Positions 12,601-27,600 of a DNA stretch of 64,000 bases are shown piece after piece. The notes under the pieces are model-generated. The model did not search any database and was not told where the DNA came from. It was given only the letters and a program-made list of their open reading frames with translations. The position numbers and the translations under genes are program-made. Location: the NCBI RefSeq assembly GCF_964355755.1, contig NC_092673.1:3906001-3970000 (forward strand), written 5' to 3'. This DNA comes from Antedon mediterranea (lineage: Eukaryota > Animalia > Echinodermata). How positions within the stretch are numbered: the first letter of the stretch is position 1; each line of letters begins with the position of its first letter.

Positions 12601-15600
12601 GGGACGTACAGGTATAATAAAGCTTGGTTCCTACCTCATATTAACGCAATAAGCCCACCATTAAGTAATTTGACCAATCATGAGTGGTCATCCCAACTGT
12701 CGACTGAATAGTCGACTCACTTGCGTTGCGCCACCGTTGTAGGACCAAATCTTTAGTGACAGTACTACTACAGATTACAGTAGGATTTGTATAGAAATAT
12801 TCATGTAACTTTTATTAGATGGTAAGATAATTATATGCTGTATTCTAGAATTCATCGGTTTTCTCATTAGCAACAAACTTCCGCTGTAATTTGTTTGTTC
12901 ATGGTCGTCTTATTAATTACATGCTAGTTCAAAAAGACAATTTTTTTTTCAAAATTTATCTCATTGTTTCGTTGTTAAAGACCTACAATTAAAACGATCT
13001 TGAATCAATTGTTTGTCTTAAAAGCCTTTTAGCGAAGATCACGCTGACGCGCTATTTATCAAGTGTCCGTGTGTCCACCTACTTGATGCAGTCATTTAAC
13101 GCTTTTAGGTGTTCTTTGTCTTCAAGTCAAGTGTTTTTTAATTGATGATGCAAGGTTTCCATGGACTTTCTTACGGAAGGTGATACTGTGGAGGTGGCAT
13201 TTTATGAAAATAGAGAAAGCGTTTATCACTGACAGAGACGGTGTTAGGGCGAACATCCTATTTGGGTTCTATATGAAATTTTGAAAGTCTTATTTTAATT
13301 TACAATATTAAAGATGTATTGTCCCCTAAAAACATGAAAAATGAAGATTAATAAAATCAGGCTTTAATACTGTAGGCCAATTGCAGTTTTAAGGTAGTTA
13401 TTCACTTCTGAAATAAAAAAATCATTTTAAGACAAAAAAAAACCTCATTTTCTGACAACAAATTTTTGCTTTAAATTACTTATTTTTTAGGTAAACAAAT
13501 TTTTTTTTTCGATCCAGTTTTTGGTCAAAGTGAATAACTATTATGTAATATTAAAATGAAATATTCAACAAAATTATTTTTTAGGGAGACAATATATTTT
13601 TAAATGCTTTACATGGACCACATGATGGCATGGAAATGTAATTTCACATTATTTGCTGTTGGAACAATGGGTTTGTTGAAACATGTTGGAAAGAGGGTGT
13701 TGGAAAGCAAGGACCGGAGATGGAACTTAAATTGTGTCAATTACAACCTTCCCTCATAGTTATTGGTCTATATTGTTAATATTAACTTAAATATTGGGGA
13801 AGGGAGGGTAAACGAAAGAGTATATTTTTACGTAAAAGGTAAAGTTTTCCTGCTAGGAAATACTTAGTACAACACAGAAGTAGGCCTCACTGTTTGGTGG
13901 CGTGTGTAGGCCTCGACCCCATGCCTCAAGTAATATCCTGTATAAGCACCTGATGATCACACAGCTTGTGTCTAATGATGTAACTTTGTGCTATCATACA
14001 AACTGCATTGAACACATGCAATAGACTGAAATTCCAATTTACACACTTGCAAATATTAAGATGATTTCCTTTCTTTTCAATTATAAATTGTTTTTCTGTG
14101 TGTCTGCCACGCCTACTACTCGGAGACTGCCACCTTATTAAAAAGTATGACGTTATTTGGTATGCTCTTTAAACTAATATAGATTATTGATTAATGATGA
14201 CAATGCATTGCAAATGGCCTGCAGTCTCTGTTTTTCAATGCACAACACAACTCCATACTAATCTCTTTACTTCTACTGTAGCTCTTATTGTGGATTGAAA
14301 TTTATAATCCTTTATGAAATAGACGTACTGTACTAAGATTTTATGAAAAAACAGAAGTGAATGAACATTGGGTAATTGTCGGTTCTATAGCTCTACTACT
14401 TTGACTAACAAAGTGTGGTGTTCCCAAATATGGTAGTGATGTTCCCAAATATGGTAGTGATATGCCCAAATATGGTAGTGATATGCCCAAATATGGTAGT
14501 GATATGTCCAAATATGGTAGTGATATGCCAAAATATGGTAGTGATATGCCAAAATATGGTAGTGATATGCCCAAATATGGTAGTGATATGCCCAAATATG
14601 GTAGTGATATGCCAAAATATGGTAGTGATATGCCAAAATATGGTAGTGATATGCCCAAATATGGTAGTGATATGCCCAAATATGGTAGTGATATGCCAAA
14701 ATATGGTAGTGATATGCCAAAATATGGTAGTGATATGCCAAAATATGGTAGTGAGATGCCAAAATATGGTAGTGAGATGACATCATGTCCATATGGGCAC
14801 ATCACATTTTGTTGTCACATAAAGTTTGATAGTGTAGACAGAGCTTAAAGAAGCCCTCTTCATTTCACATTTTACTTCAAAAAGTAGGACTTGACAGTGA
14901 CTAAATCTCCCTGTTAAAAACCAACAGTAAAACTTGCTGGGTCATTATTTAAAGTTCATCAATACCTATTTTCAAATAGATTTTGTCGCAACAGTGAACC
15001 GTTTTTGTTCCAATATTTTGTTAGTATTTTCCCATTTAAAAGGACAATTGTTATTATTACTTCCTATCAAGGGTTCTAAATTTCTCAAGTTAAAGAATAA
15101 AAGAAATGTAATCATGTATGATATACACCATATGTTTGTGTTTTTATAAATAAAATTGGCATCACTGATCCCATTATTTAGGAAAAACAAAAATTTCAGT
15201 TCAGTCTGGAGATATATTTCAATTATTTCCATTTGAACAGAAAGCAAACTGTTATTTTCACGCTGCGACTTTAGGCAGTTATATTCCCAGAGGAGAGAAT
15301 CATTAGGAAACTGTATTAACATGAAAGGTATGTTACTACGGTTGACAGTTTTGGGAATTTGTAAACTTGACTAATTTACAGGTCCATGCTGCTCAACCCA
15401 AAGCATTTCTTGAAAAAGAGAGTCCCATTGATTGGTTGATACAAATCATTTATAACAATTTTATGGCAAATTTGAGGGCAGTAAACACTCTGGTTCCCAT
15501 TGGCCTCTTGTGTAAACAAAGAACATACACTCCACACTCCACAGCCAGTAATGTTATCATATTTAATGTACATTGCTGTATTTTGTATGGGAAATATAAC

Positions 15601-18600
15601 CTACTGTAAAGAGCATTGCCATATCCACCGTTTTTTTTTTTAAATTATTATTTTTAAATTGAAAAAAATTTGAAAAAAAAAATGATAAATTTATGATTAC
15701 ATTTCAACTTAATTCAAAGGTTAGGGGCATGTCAGATTAATATAACCGATTAATTTTGATGTCAAAATGGAAATTAATACTTTAGCATAGATATTAAATC
15801 TGAGAAATGAAAGCAGATATTAAAGGTCTCTAGCCAAATATAAATTCTTGAAATTATTCTAATAAGTACGTCATTTAGGAACCTAGGTTGTAGTGCATTG
15901 TCAATTCTAGGTATTCTAAATGGAAAGTGTTAATTAAACAATAACGATGTTTGAGAAAAGAAAACTAAAAAATGAGAATGTGACTCGAATGTGTTGGCAT
16001 TACATTTTGCTTCTTTGCATTTGTGGCTGAAAAAAAAAATTAAAACGAAATTCTTTTAAATAACATTAGAAACATGAACTTTGTTTTAATACTTGTGGGA
16101 TGTTTAATCTAAAAATTTAGTTAATTTTTTTTGTGTATGCAAGTTTCTCTTTGGAGGTTGAGATTTATTATTTAGCTCTAGATCTGAAGTAGTAAGTATC
16201 TTATCTAGCGTACGGTCTGAATGTGTCGATCATCAAGATAACACAGTACCTGGATGTACGCATGAGAGGAATTACATTTTGGTTGTAATATTTCTCATTT
16301 AACATCCTACTAACTGTAAAACATGCATTTAGGAAATTAAGATTGGTTTTCCAATTTTTAAAATAAATACATTTTTAATATCAATATTTCAATAAATTGT
16401 ACTTAAATATATGTTATTTCAATTCTCAGTCAGCAGCGGGGATTTTTATGTAATAATTTCTTATCTTTAGAGAATGAAGACATTGTGGGTTGAGTTGAAA
16501 TAAAATATATAATACGGTAACTGCTATAATTATGCATCTCTTCACCCAGGAGAATAAAGTTAGCTATATATTAAATAACATAGGTATCTTTGTTATTTGG
16601 ATTTAATTTACTTTTTATTATGCGGTATAATCATCATGCCTTTCTCCACCCAGGAGAATAAATGGGTTTTATACATAAAATTATATGTATAATTTTAAAT
16701 AAATTACAACATGATGTTTAATTTATGAACTAAACAATAATTGTTTACAGGCACATTTTTCATTTTTTTAGGTTATTTTTGTAATTTTGTGACATGGCAT
16801 AAATTCAGAGAGACTAAATACAGAATAAATAATAAACTTCTATTATTTTTTCAGCTGCAACTTTTGCGATTAATCTACAGGCCATATTTTGTATACGTCA
16901 TTCACGTTGATCAGAGGAGGGATGAAATCCGAAGTGTAAGTACCCTTCTTCGTATACAAATTTGGAATTTTTTTTTAAAGTAAAATTCTTTTTTTCCTCA
17001 TTTATTTCCAAGTGCACCTGTCTCGGTCAGGTTAAGTTGTATGTTCGATATCCACTCTTAACTGTACAGTATATCTTATCAATATATAACATTAGAGTAA
17101 AACTTAAACCTCCTCATAAATTATCTTATTGATTAAGTCGCTGTACCATATAGAATTACTATCGCTCAAGAATTATGAGCACAGGTGGGAAGAACTAACA
17201 TTTAAAATGTATTATAAATGAAATCTCCATATAAGGAGGTCAAATAACTAAAGAAATGATGATAGTTTAATAGAAACAAAACTAATGATCGCTGTTTTTT
17301 AACTATTTTTTGTGTATAATTTTTTATTTTTAAAAAAAATCTAAATTTAAAGCAACAACTGTACAACTAAGCCTAAACATTAAATAATTTATAAATGAAT
17401 CTTTAAATAAAATTTCAATTATAAGCCCAGACTGGGCTTATAGTTGCATCTCTAATATTGTAACAATTTAACAATTGTTTTAAATAGAAATTTAATTATA
17501 TTACCCAATGAGTGTGCTCTACATAAAATATCATTGGAAGAAAAAAAAGAAAAGAATATTTTTCTACGAAAACTACTTAAGAAACGATTTTTAAAATACT
17601 ACCATAATAAACTGCTAAACCAAACAGATAAGTCTATTACGTGCCTGCTTACCTGGATAAACCCGACAATAGCCCTTTTCCACGAAGTGCGAAACAATTA
17701 CGAAAAGAAGAATTCTACCCGAATTCACCTCATTAAGAATGGTACAGTCCGCTCTAGCGCCCTCTTGTGGGACCATTCCCACGTGTTACCGTCATCATTT
17801 CTTTTCGTACTGTCACGAAGACAAGTCACGGAGTTTGAGAACGTTGCAACACCATTTCTGGTTTGTGTAATTATTTGGAAGAAGAGCTACTAGTTTTATA
17901 ACAAAAGAAAACAAATCCATACTACTGGTACTATGCTCAATAATTGATGTATCTGTCTTTAGTCTTTTTAATGCCTTCTTAATACTACTGAGAAACAGAA
18001 CAATTAATTATATTGTGGAGAGTTCAGATTTCCATACAAAGACATATATTTGCATTGTATTACAAATGAAACATGATTATCACTACTGTTCAATATTTGC
18101 TATTATTACATTTTAAATATGTAAATGTAAAATAAGTTGTGATATAATTTATTCTATTTTCAAGTGTTGTACAGAAATTTAAAGATAAATTCAGGATATA
18201 ATAATATCATAATGTGAAAATTTACAATTTACCTGAATTTAGGATTATTATACTGTAATATTTAACATAAATTATAGAAATTTGATATCGCCTGAATCTA
18301 ATTTTTAATATTATAATGAATATAAAACATATGTTTTAACTGTGTGGCCAACCTCTATATGGGAACACTTTGTTGTGACTTGAAGGTTCTGATGTATTAT
18401 TATTAGGTTTTAAAAGTAGGTCATTATAAAAATCTGACTAAATCATTATTTACAAAAATTATAAAAAATACAATACTAAAAATTAAATTTAATATATCAC
18501 GTAAGTGATTATATTCAAATGTAGGTCATATTGAAATCTGACTGAAAACCAAAAAAAAAATTATACCCAGGTGCATCGTTGATAGGATTAAATTACGTCC

Positions 18601-21600
18601 CAGTGGGAAAACATTTGTTTTTCAACAAAGTAGTCTCGTAATTTTATGTTGAGAAGTTCTCCGAAAAAGAATGGCTGTCACAAAAAGAAATAACGATTGT
18701 TTTCGTAAATTCTAACTCATTAACATTTCTGAAATCAGATAATATTAAATCATGTATGATATGACGCAAAGCTTAATTGCTTGGCTGTACTATAGTAAAA
18801 GTTAAATCATGAAATTTAATGTATTTGTTGAAAGCAAAAAAAGAAAGATAAATCAAAATCATGTTGGCTTTGATGAAGCAGAAAGCAGGTTTTGAAAGAT
18901 TTGTTGCAAAGTCATTTAATCTAGACTGGCACATTTCAAACTTGATGCGACATACATACAGGCACACAATTAAATAGACAATATACAACAATATATGCAG
19001 TCATCTTAATTATAGATGGTTGAATATTAAATAAGGATTTCATTTACCGTATATCCTCTGGTATAAATCCCAACTACATAGAACACAAAATTGGGCAAAC
19101 TTTGTGGGGGTGGGGCTATACACAGGGAAACTTACTGGCTAATGAGAGGCCTACATCCACACCAAAATTCAATATTGGAACTACTGTATACCTGGGGATA
19201 TGCCTGAAATCAGACATAAAGTAGAGGGTGGGATTAAACCAGAAGTGGAATTATACCCAAGGATATTTTTAACATTCAAAATTGATTAAATTGTGTTTAA
19301 AATTATTCAAAATTTTATAATATTACAGTAAAAACAGAGGATGCACTATTGTAAAATACATAGATGTATGAGGTTTGATGTCTACGTATGTCTAAGTATG
19401 CAATTTATATTTGAAATATGATTTTATGACTCCCTCATGGAACTGGAAGTCAATATGCAATACTCCCTGAAATAGCTTATGTTCCATACTCAAAATTGAA
19501 AAGCTTAAATTGATTAAAATGCGACCACTTGACAACGAGACTCATTATTGGAATCCTTTACTTAGATGAATACTTTAGAATTGAAATCGTGATTTCTAAA
19601 TTCTAAGATTTTTCTGCGTATTGCATGGACCACGACACTTCAATTACTATTTTGAATCCTTTTATCGTTTTGTCTTTGCCTATTAGATTTATATCGAGAT
19701 ATCTCTCCATGTTTTGTCTGAAAGCTTGGATTATTCTGATCATGTGAAATGAAGAAAAGAGATTATTCTTATAGTTCATTAAAATTTCGATCAGTGACTT
19801 GCAAATAAAATAATGTTGAAAAACATATTTTATCATAATTCTGACCATAATTTAGTAATTAGACCTGCAGTTTTTAATATGCAGTAACCAAAATAATTTT
19901 AGTATTATTCCAATAAATTCAAGTCATTTTCATGTTAGTTTTTTATAGTCTATGTATTTTGTTTGGAAAGGAAGTTTTTCTTGCAATTCTTGCATTTTTA
20001 TTTCAGGATCTGTCAGTTTTTTTAGTATTTTACGATATTTTACCGTTTTAAACCTATCAAGCATTTTAACAAACCTTGTCAAAAGTTCTGCCTACACTAT
20101 CAAACTAGTTTGACAAAAAAGTGTGATGTGCACAAATATGGTAGTGATACTCCCAAACATGGTAGTGATGTGACATCATCAAGGCGCATATGGGCATGTT
20201 TTTGTCACATAAAGTTTTCTAGTGTAGACAGAGCTTAAGGATATTCCATCCCTCCCTATTAGATATGGTTCACCGATCTTGTCATAATACATTACTTTAT
20301 TTGACAAAATATTTACAAAGATATATGTTCAGTCAGCTACATACATCAGCAGCGATGGGTGAAAAGACTAAGCGCAGGATACAAACGCACTTGACTTGAT
20401 GTAATTATAAGCCGCCATTTGTAGTTAGAGTACATGCTGAAACTAGTCCCAGCGGACAAAATGCCGAACACATTACTGGCGCTCTGTAGAATTATTCCAA
20501 TTACATTGGTATGAATGTAAAACGAAGATGAGAAATTGGTTTAGAATCATGCGGTATCGAGCCTAATTAAAAACGGGTAATAGAAAAGCAGGATATTGAA
20601 AAAATAAACTTAGAAATGGACTTAAAATTTGCTGTGAATTAAAACTGTACGGTTGGTTGACATTTATATACATATTTTATCAGCAGATGAACAGACATAT
20701 TTTATAAAAATTCAAACAAGCATTGGGCCTTAGTCTATAATATTGTCATTTGATATTAAAAAAATCATGAATATTGTTTTTCCCGTGGATATATTGTACA
20801 GACTTTTTATACAATATAATGATTAATATAATATACATCTCGAGGGTTAGAAAATTAATAAATTAAATGCACTCATGGACTACAGATGTAATGTAAAAGA
20901 TAAATCCAGTATTATTGATGCTTTAGGTTTATAATCATGTAAATGTTTTAATCCGAATGATTGGAAATCTGAGACATGCATTTTTAAGCAAATGAATCTT
21001 GACTACTGTATTTGTGTTTTAACTATTTGTTTATTTTTCTTTTTAATTCAGGAATTAAATGAAAAAATGGACTCCATTACCAATGGATATGACAACATTC
21101 ATGTATTGCCGAAGGAACGGTCGTTTGTTGCGTCGTGGGGATCGTACGACATCGTTAGAGCTGAGTTAGAGGTAAATACATTTTTCAGATACAATGAAAT
21201 AATAAATAAATGTTACTGTATATTCTTATCTACAGGCATCCGTCGGAAAGTTGTTGGTCTCGTGTACATAGTGCACATTCAAGAACTTGGTACACTATTC
21301 GTAAAGAGTAGGGTATCATCTTCCGATGTGCTGATCTGGTAGGTGCTGCAATGTTGGCTGCTGTGTGTCTGAGGAGGCCCTAATCTGAATTTTTACTCGG
21401 CTTCTAGTTAAGCTTGAGGACTAATATAAATACCAAAAAAAAAATAATAATAATAATATACTAGCATCAGAGCACTTTCTGTTTGTAAAACATGCATTTT
21501 AAGGTAGTGTAACCAACAACTAAATGTTCCAGTCTAAAGGATGAGGCTGCCTCATTATCATCAATGTCACAGAAACAACCAAAAGGGCAACCACATTATT

Positions 21601-24600
21601 AATGCAACTCTACCATTTGAATACAAACAAATTCATTAATAATTTATATCCATTGAAAAGTATAGAAAGTAGTAATATTTGTTCTGTAAAATGTAAAATG
21701 ATATAGGACCCCGGAGAATTTCAGAACATAAAAACTTTTTCTAGCTTTTCTTTGCTTGTGAAAATCGATGAAGCATAAAATATTATGTACATTTTTTGCA
21801 CTCCTACAAAATAGCTAATACCTTTTTGCTTTAGCTGTAGACTTTACATGGAATGCTGTAAACATTAAGTCTGTAAGGTAATTGTCCGAAGAGTATTTAA
21901 ACGTCTTTAAGGGACCGTTATGTATTGTTTTCACAAAATTAAAATGCAATTTTTGTTGCAAGATTACTAATTTGAGATTGTCATGGTCATCTATAGATGG
22001 GACAAGTAACTAAATCTATATCTCCATACATAAATAGGGAAGATCAAGCCTATAGTGTCTGATATAAATACACAAATTGAGATAGTTATAGTTATGAACT
22101 AAAGCAAAATTAAATGTGGTTACAAAAAACATTGAATAATATATAAAAACTTTAGTAAATTTATAATTAACATTTTTTTTTTTTTAAACATGCCAAACGT
22201 TTTGCAATTTTTTAAGTAGTTTATATCAGATTCTGCTTTTACAGATTTTTTCCAAGAGCTTTTCCAACTTTCGAAAGTCCTTGATTGACACCGAGGTGTT
22301 TAAGGTGATGTCGTGAATAAATTTGCCGAACTAATTTTCTAGAAAAAATGATGTACAATGTTTCAAATTTAACATTTTGAAGCCGACGAAAATTAAATGT
22401 TCTTGTGTTGAATTGAACAATAATAATGATGATGTTTTGGAGCGAACGCACGTTATAAAACAGTAGAGAACGTTAATAGATGATAAGGCTTGCTCAGACC
22501 AATTAATCACTATAAAAGAATACTCTAAGAAACTCTATAGCTCTGCACTATGTAATAATTGAAATGGTAAGAAAAGACGATGAAAAACAAAATAAGTAAT
22601 GTTCAATTTGCTTTGCGTTTTAACTTTTACATGTGTGATGCTGATACGGCTTGTTGGTAATAGAGGATGTGTGTTCAATTTCAATCTTAAATCTTTATTG
22701 ACAACATCAAAAATGTGATCAATATCATTATCATATGCCACTATTATCAGCACAATGTATGCCAGGTTTGTCATCATTTTATTTTCATAAAAATCAATCA
22801 ATCTTTATTTCATCAAAATAGCAAAAAGTACAAATTAAGATAGCGAATGTACAACAAAGTAAAAGCCTGTAAAACTCTTTACAAAAATAAATAATATTTA
22901 ATAAATTTCTTTCCACAAGTACTGTATTACTATTATAGGATATGTCTATTTCGTGCCTAGTTTACCTGGATAAACCGACAATAGACCTTTCTCCTCGAAG
23001 AGAGAGATATAACTTGAAAAGTAGAATTCAATTTTCATTGAATACCCCTGTCCACAAATGATATAGTCCATAAACTATGCCCTTAGATATATATATATAT
23101 ATTGCCATAAATTAACTTAATCAATTAATCCTTATCATTCTCACTATAATTGGCATTATTGTCATCATATTACATCATCATTATCATAATGATTTTATGA
23201 ATTGTATACTATCTATCTATAATTATCACATTCTAATCATCTTCGTTTATCATAAATGCCACCATCATATAATTGTCCTCATCCTCCTCCAATTTCTTTA
23301 TGTTGCCATTGTTCATTTAACAAACAACTATTGGGATTATTTTTTATACATTTTTATATTCTATATCAATATACAGTATTTATAATCTTTTTTAACATTT
23401 ATTATTGGCTGGTGTCAGTCATAATATTCAATAAAAAAAAATAATCCTAAAACATCAATTTTACATTCATGACTTTTATTAATTTTTGAAATGAAAATAT
23501 TGATTCTGATAAATTAGTCTATATGTTTGTTGTAGATTTTTTTCTCTCTTGCCAAATTTGTCTGGCAGGCTAAATGGGTTTTATGCATACAAGCTATACT
23601 TGATCTCTTTCCAACAGCAAAAATCACAAATTTCTGAATTCTAGGCTTCTTGTTCGGATGGGGCTATTTGACAAAAATATACGTATTTTTGTTTCTACAG
23701 TTCTCAACATTTAATTAATTCAGTTTTTATGTTTTTGGTGACAGTTTGTTTACAATACAAATTAACACTACTACTTCTAGTTAGGTAACCTTAATCAAAT
23801 AAAATTTATTATTATTAAGTTGAAATCTTTTTGTAATTGTTTAAACTATTTCACCATAAACAATTTTTTTTGATTGATATTTTTATTTTGTAGGGGTTTG
23901 AGGAGCTAATGAGAATGGGTGCATTTGATTTTGTGATCAACTTGAGTGGTGCTGATCTTCCTATTAGAGATGTTGATGATTTGGCTGCTATGTTCTCAAC
24001 ATCAAGAGGTGAAATATTTAAACAAACATCTGTTTCTCCATGTTTATGATTTAAATACAATCTCCATCTTACTAAAGCTCTGTCTACACTATCTAACTGT
24101 AATGTGCCCATATATGGACATGATGATGTCATATCACTACCATAGTTAGGCACATCACTACCATATTTGGGCACTATAGTTTGAGAAAAAAAATGTGATG
24201 TGCCGATATATGGACATCATGATGTCATATTACTACCATATTTCGGCACATCACTACCATATTTCGGCACATCACTACCATATTTCGGCACATCACTACC
24301 ATATTTCGGCACATCACTATCATATTTGAGCACACATTTTGTTGTCACATAAAGTTTGATAGTGTAGACAGCTGAGTTTAGCTCAGGGTGTGTACATCCA
24401 AACATGGATATTGTGTACTGTAGAACAACACATTTAAGACACCTCTATCAGGGTACACTTTCCAGTTAAGGTCACTAAGGTATGGTCACTAAATAATACA
24501 CATAATAATAAAAAAAATAAAATAAAGACTCTCTAATCAGGGAACACCCTTTTTAAAGAGGATGCTTTAATAGTAATTATGCTTTTTTCCAGATTACGGC

Positions 24601-27600
24601 TATGGCAGTCTTTAAAAAAACTTTCATTTGTTGAAAACCAATTTTTTTTATTATTGAATATCTATGAAAAATTGCTTAAAACTATATTCAAGCAATCTTT
24701 AAAATGTATTTAAGTTTGATGTGCAATCTTTCAAATATTCCATCAAAATTGTGCCGAACGAAGAAGTAAATAGAGCAGCGATTTATTTATAGAAGTTACC
24801 ATTTAGCAAATTTGAAACAGAAGCAAAACTTAATTGAATCTCAGACTATATGTCATGTTGAATATTTCATTTCTAATGTATTGTGTATTACAGATTGCTT
24901 TTCAAGATGTGGTCAGTTTCAATCTAGATATATGTATATATTTCTGTAGCATACACATCTTGAATTTTTCAAACGTCTAACATTTCAAAAGTTAACTTTG
25001 TGTTGGGTTATCATGAATACCAGCGATGTTTTCTTAATCTATCGATTGAATTATTGATGTTGAAGAAACCAATCTAAACACCATCTTTTAAACTCTGTCT
25101 ACACAATCAAACTACTTTGACAAAAAAAGTGTGATGTACCTAAATATGGTAGTGATATGCTTAAATATGGTAGTGATATGACGTCATCGTATCCATATAT
25201 GAGCACATCACATCACATAAAGTTTGATAGTGTAGACAGAGCTTTAATGGTTTTGTACTGAAAAGGTCATTCAGTATAATGAAGAAATAAATTAAAATTC
25301 TAAAGCCCTGTTTACACTATCAAACTAGTTTGACAAAAAAAGTGATATGCCCAAATATGGTAGTGATATGACATCATCATAATTTGTTGTCGCCTAAAGC
25401 TAGACAGAGCTTTAGGTGTATGATAGACAAAATTGAAATGTTTGTCATACGGTTTACCTTCTTTCTTTAATGTTCATTTTATTACCTGTGTTCATTTATA
25501 CCTTTGTTCATTTTATTACCTGTGTTCATTTATACCTTTGTTCATTTTATTACCTGTGTTCATTTATACCTTTGTTCATTTTATTACCTGTGTTCATTTA
25601 TACCTTTGTTCATTTTATTACCTGTGTTCATTTATACCTTTGTTCATTTTATTACCTGTGTTCATTTATACCTTTGTTCATTTTATTACCTGTGTTCATT
25701 TATACCTTTGTTCATTTTATTACCTGTGTTCATTTATACCTTTGTTCATTTTATTACCTGTGTTCATTTATACCTTTGTTCATTTTATTACCTGTGTTCA
25801 TTTATGCCTTTGTTCATTTTATTACCTGTGTTCATTTATGCCTTTGTTCATTTTATTACCTGTGTTCATTTATACCTGTGTTCATTTATGCCTTTGTTCA
25901 TTTTATTACCTGTGTTCATTTATGCCTTTGTTCATTTTATTACCTGTGTTCATTTATACCTGTGTTCATTTATGCCTTTGTTCATTTTATTACCTGTGTT
26001 CATTTATACCTGTGTTCATTTATACCTTTGTTCATTTTATTACCTGTGTTCATTTATACCTTTGTTCATTTTATTACCTGTGTTCATTTATACCTGTGTT
26101 CATTTATGCCTTTGTTCATTTTATTACCTGTGTTCAATTTTAAAAGAAAAACAATCTGAAAACCATCTTAAAAGCACAAACTGAATAATTTATGAATTAT
26201 TAATATTTGATGACTTTTCACAATGTGTTTAATGTCTCTAGACTGAATTTCTTATCAAGTGCCATATGTTATTAATATTGCAGGTTTTAATTTTATGCGA
26301 ATCAATGGAAACTGGAACGATCGTTCACAGAAGACCACTGATACGTCAGTGTGGTATGGATGTGGCGCGCACGTTTACAACATCTCATCTCGGAGTGGCA
26401 AAGCTCCGTGGAGTGACATGCATAGCACTTCACAATGGGCTGTTTTCAGCAGGTAAAATTAATATGAAGGTTTAAACCAAATTTTCATACTATTATGGAT
26501 TTATGCAAATATATTTATTTACATAGTGGAGCTGTAGCTTGGTGGTTAACATGCTTGCTATCCAATCCCAAGGTTCAATCCTTACCTAGTGCCAGAGTTG
26601 TAACTCACGACTCTTTCAACTCCACACCCTTCAGTAAGCCTGAAATAAGATATATAGTTATATATATATATATATAGTTTATAAGCATGATACAATAGTT
26701 TATCCATCCTGTAATTGGCGAGTTTCTTGAGGTTGGATGCATACGGAAAAATAATAATATTTGGATATGAAAATTGACAGGGCTTTACTTGTTTTATATC
26801 ACATGCCCATAGAGTCCAAGACCAACTATTTTACTGTCATTAAAATTACAGAATGTATTACATAGTGTGGACAGATGAATGTTCTTAGTGGAAGTTGTAT
26901 GGCACAAATTATCTTTAGGGAAGAAGAAAATTGTATGTGTGGTCCATAATTCAGCCCAATAGGCTGCGAGTCACATCAGGCCTTGTCTTTTAAGGCGAGT
27001 GAGTGCGATCACTCACCTAACACACTCCTAAACTGCCCTTGAGGAGTGCGATTTACAACACGCCTTAATTTGGTAAACTTCTACACATAAAAATACAAAC
27101 AGCACACCTACAGCACCCCTGAATGTATTGAGGAGTGCAATTTGTAGCACACCTATGATTTTCAAAAGAGAAGGCCTGCACATGTTATCCTCAACATTTA
27201 ACCCCACATTTACACATATTAACAGTCGTCTGAGATGACTGAAGTTTATACAACAATACATGCTTCTGTTTACCCAATTTTTTAGGGCATGTAAAATATA
27301 TGCCAAACTTGCCCGACTTAACTTAAAGGAAAAAACCCAATTTGTTTTGCTAGCTGATTTGGTACAAAATAGGTTTACTTGCCCAGAGTGACTAGTCAAT
27401 ACTCGATTGTATTGCTTTTTATATGGATAGAAACATACTCCATCAAATATGTTACTCAAGCATCTGACTTTGATGAGGTTTTCATCCTCTTCACAATATC
27501 CCACTAAGCCAACCTTGTCAAGGTATTGCAAATTGTTTATGCTTCTTTTATCCTAGGCTATGCCATCAAAATCTTGTTCTTTAGCGGAGATATTTATCAT

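Noticed and set aside
13951-14030. Box C (TGATGA) ... box D (CTGA) pair
   Set aside because: No terminal stem and no recognisable rRNA antisense element
14341-14848. Four overlapping repetitive ORFs, e.g. (MPKYGSD)n
   Set aside because: Translations of the 21-bp unit inside a MITE; no splice or start context
21235-21420. GC-richer segment continuing the ORF after exon 21052-21171
   Set aside because: Looks like a SINE-like body with an A-rich tail; the protein joins correctly to 23894 without it
25433-26184. Three ORFs of about 230 aa
   Set aside because: Stop-free 34-bp satellite read in all three frames
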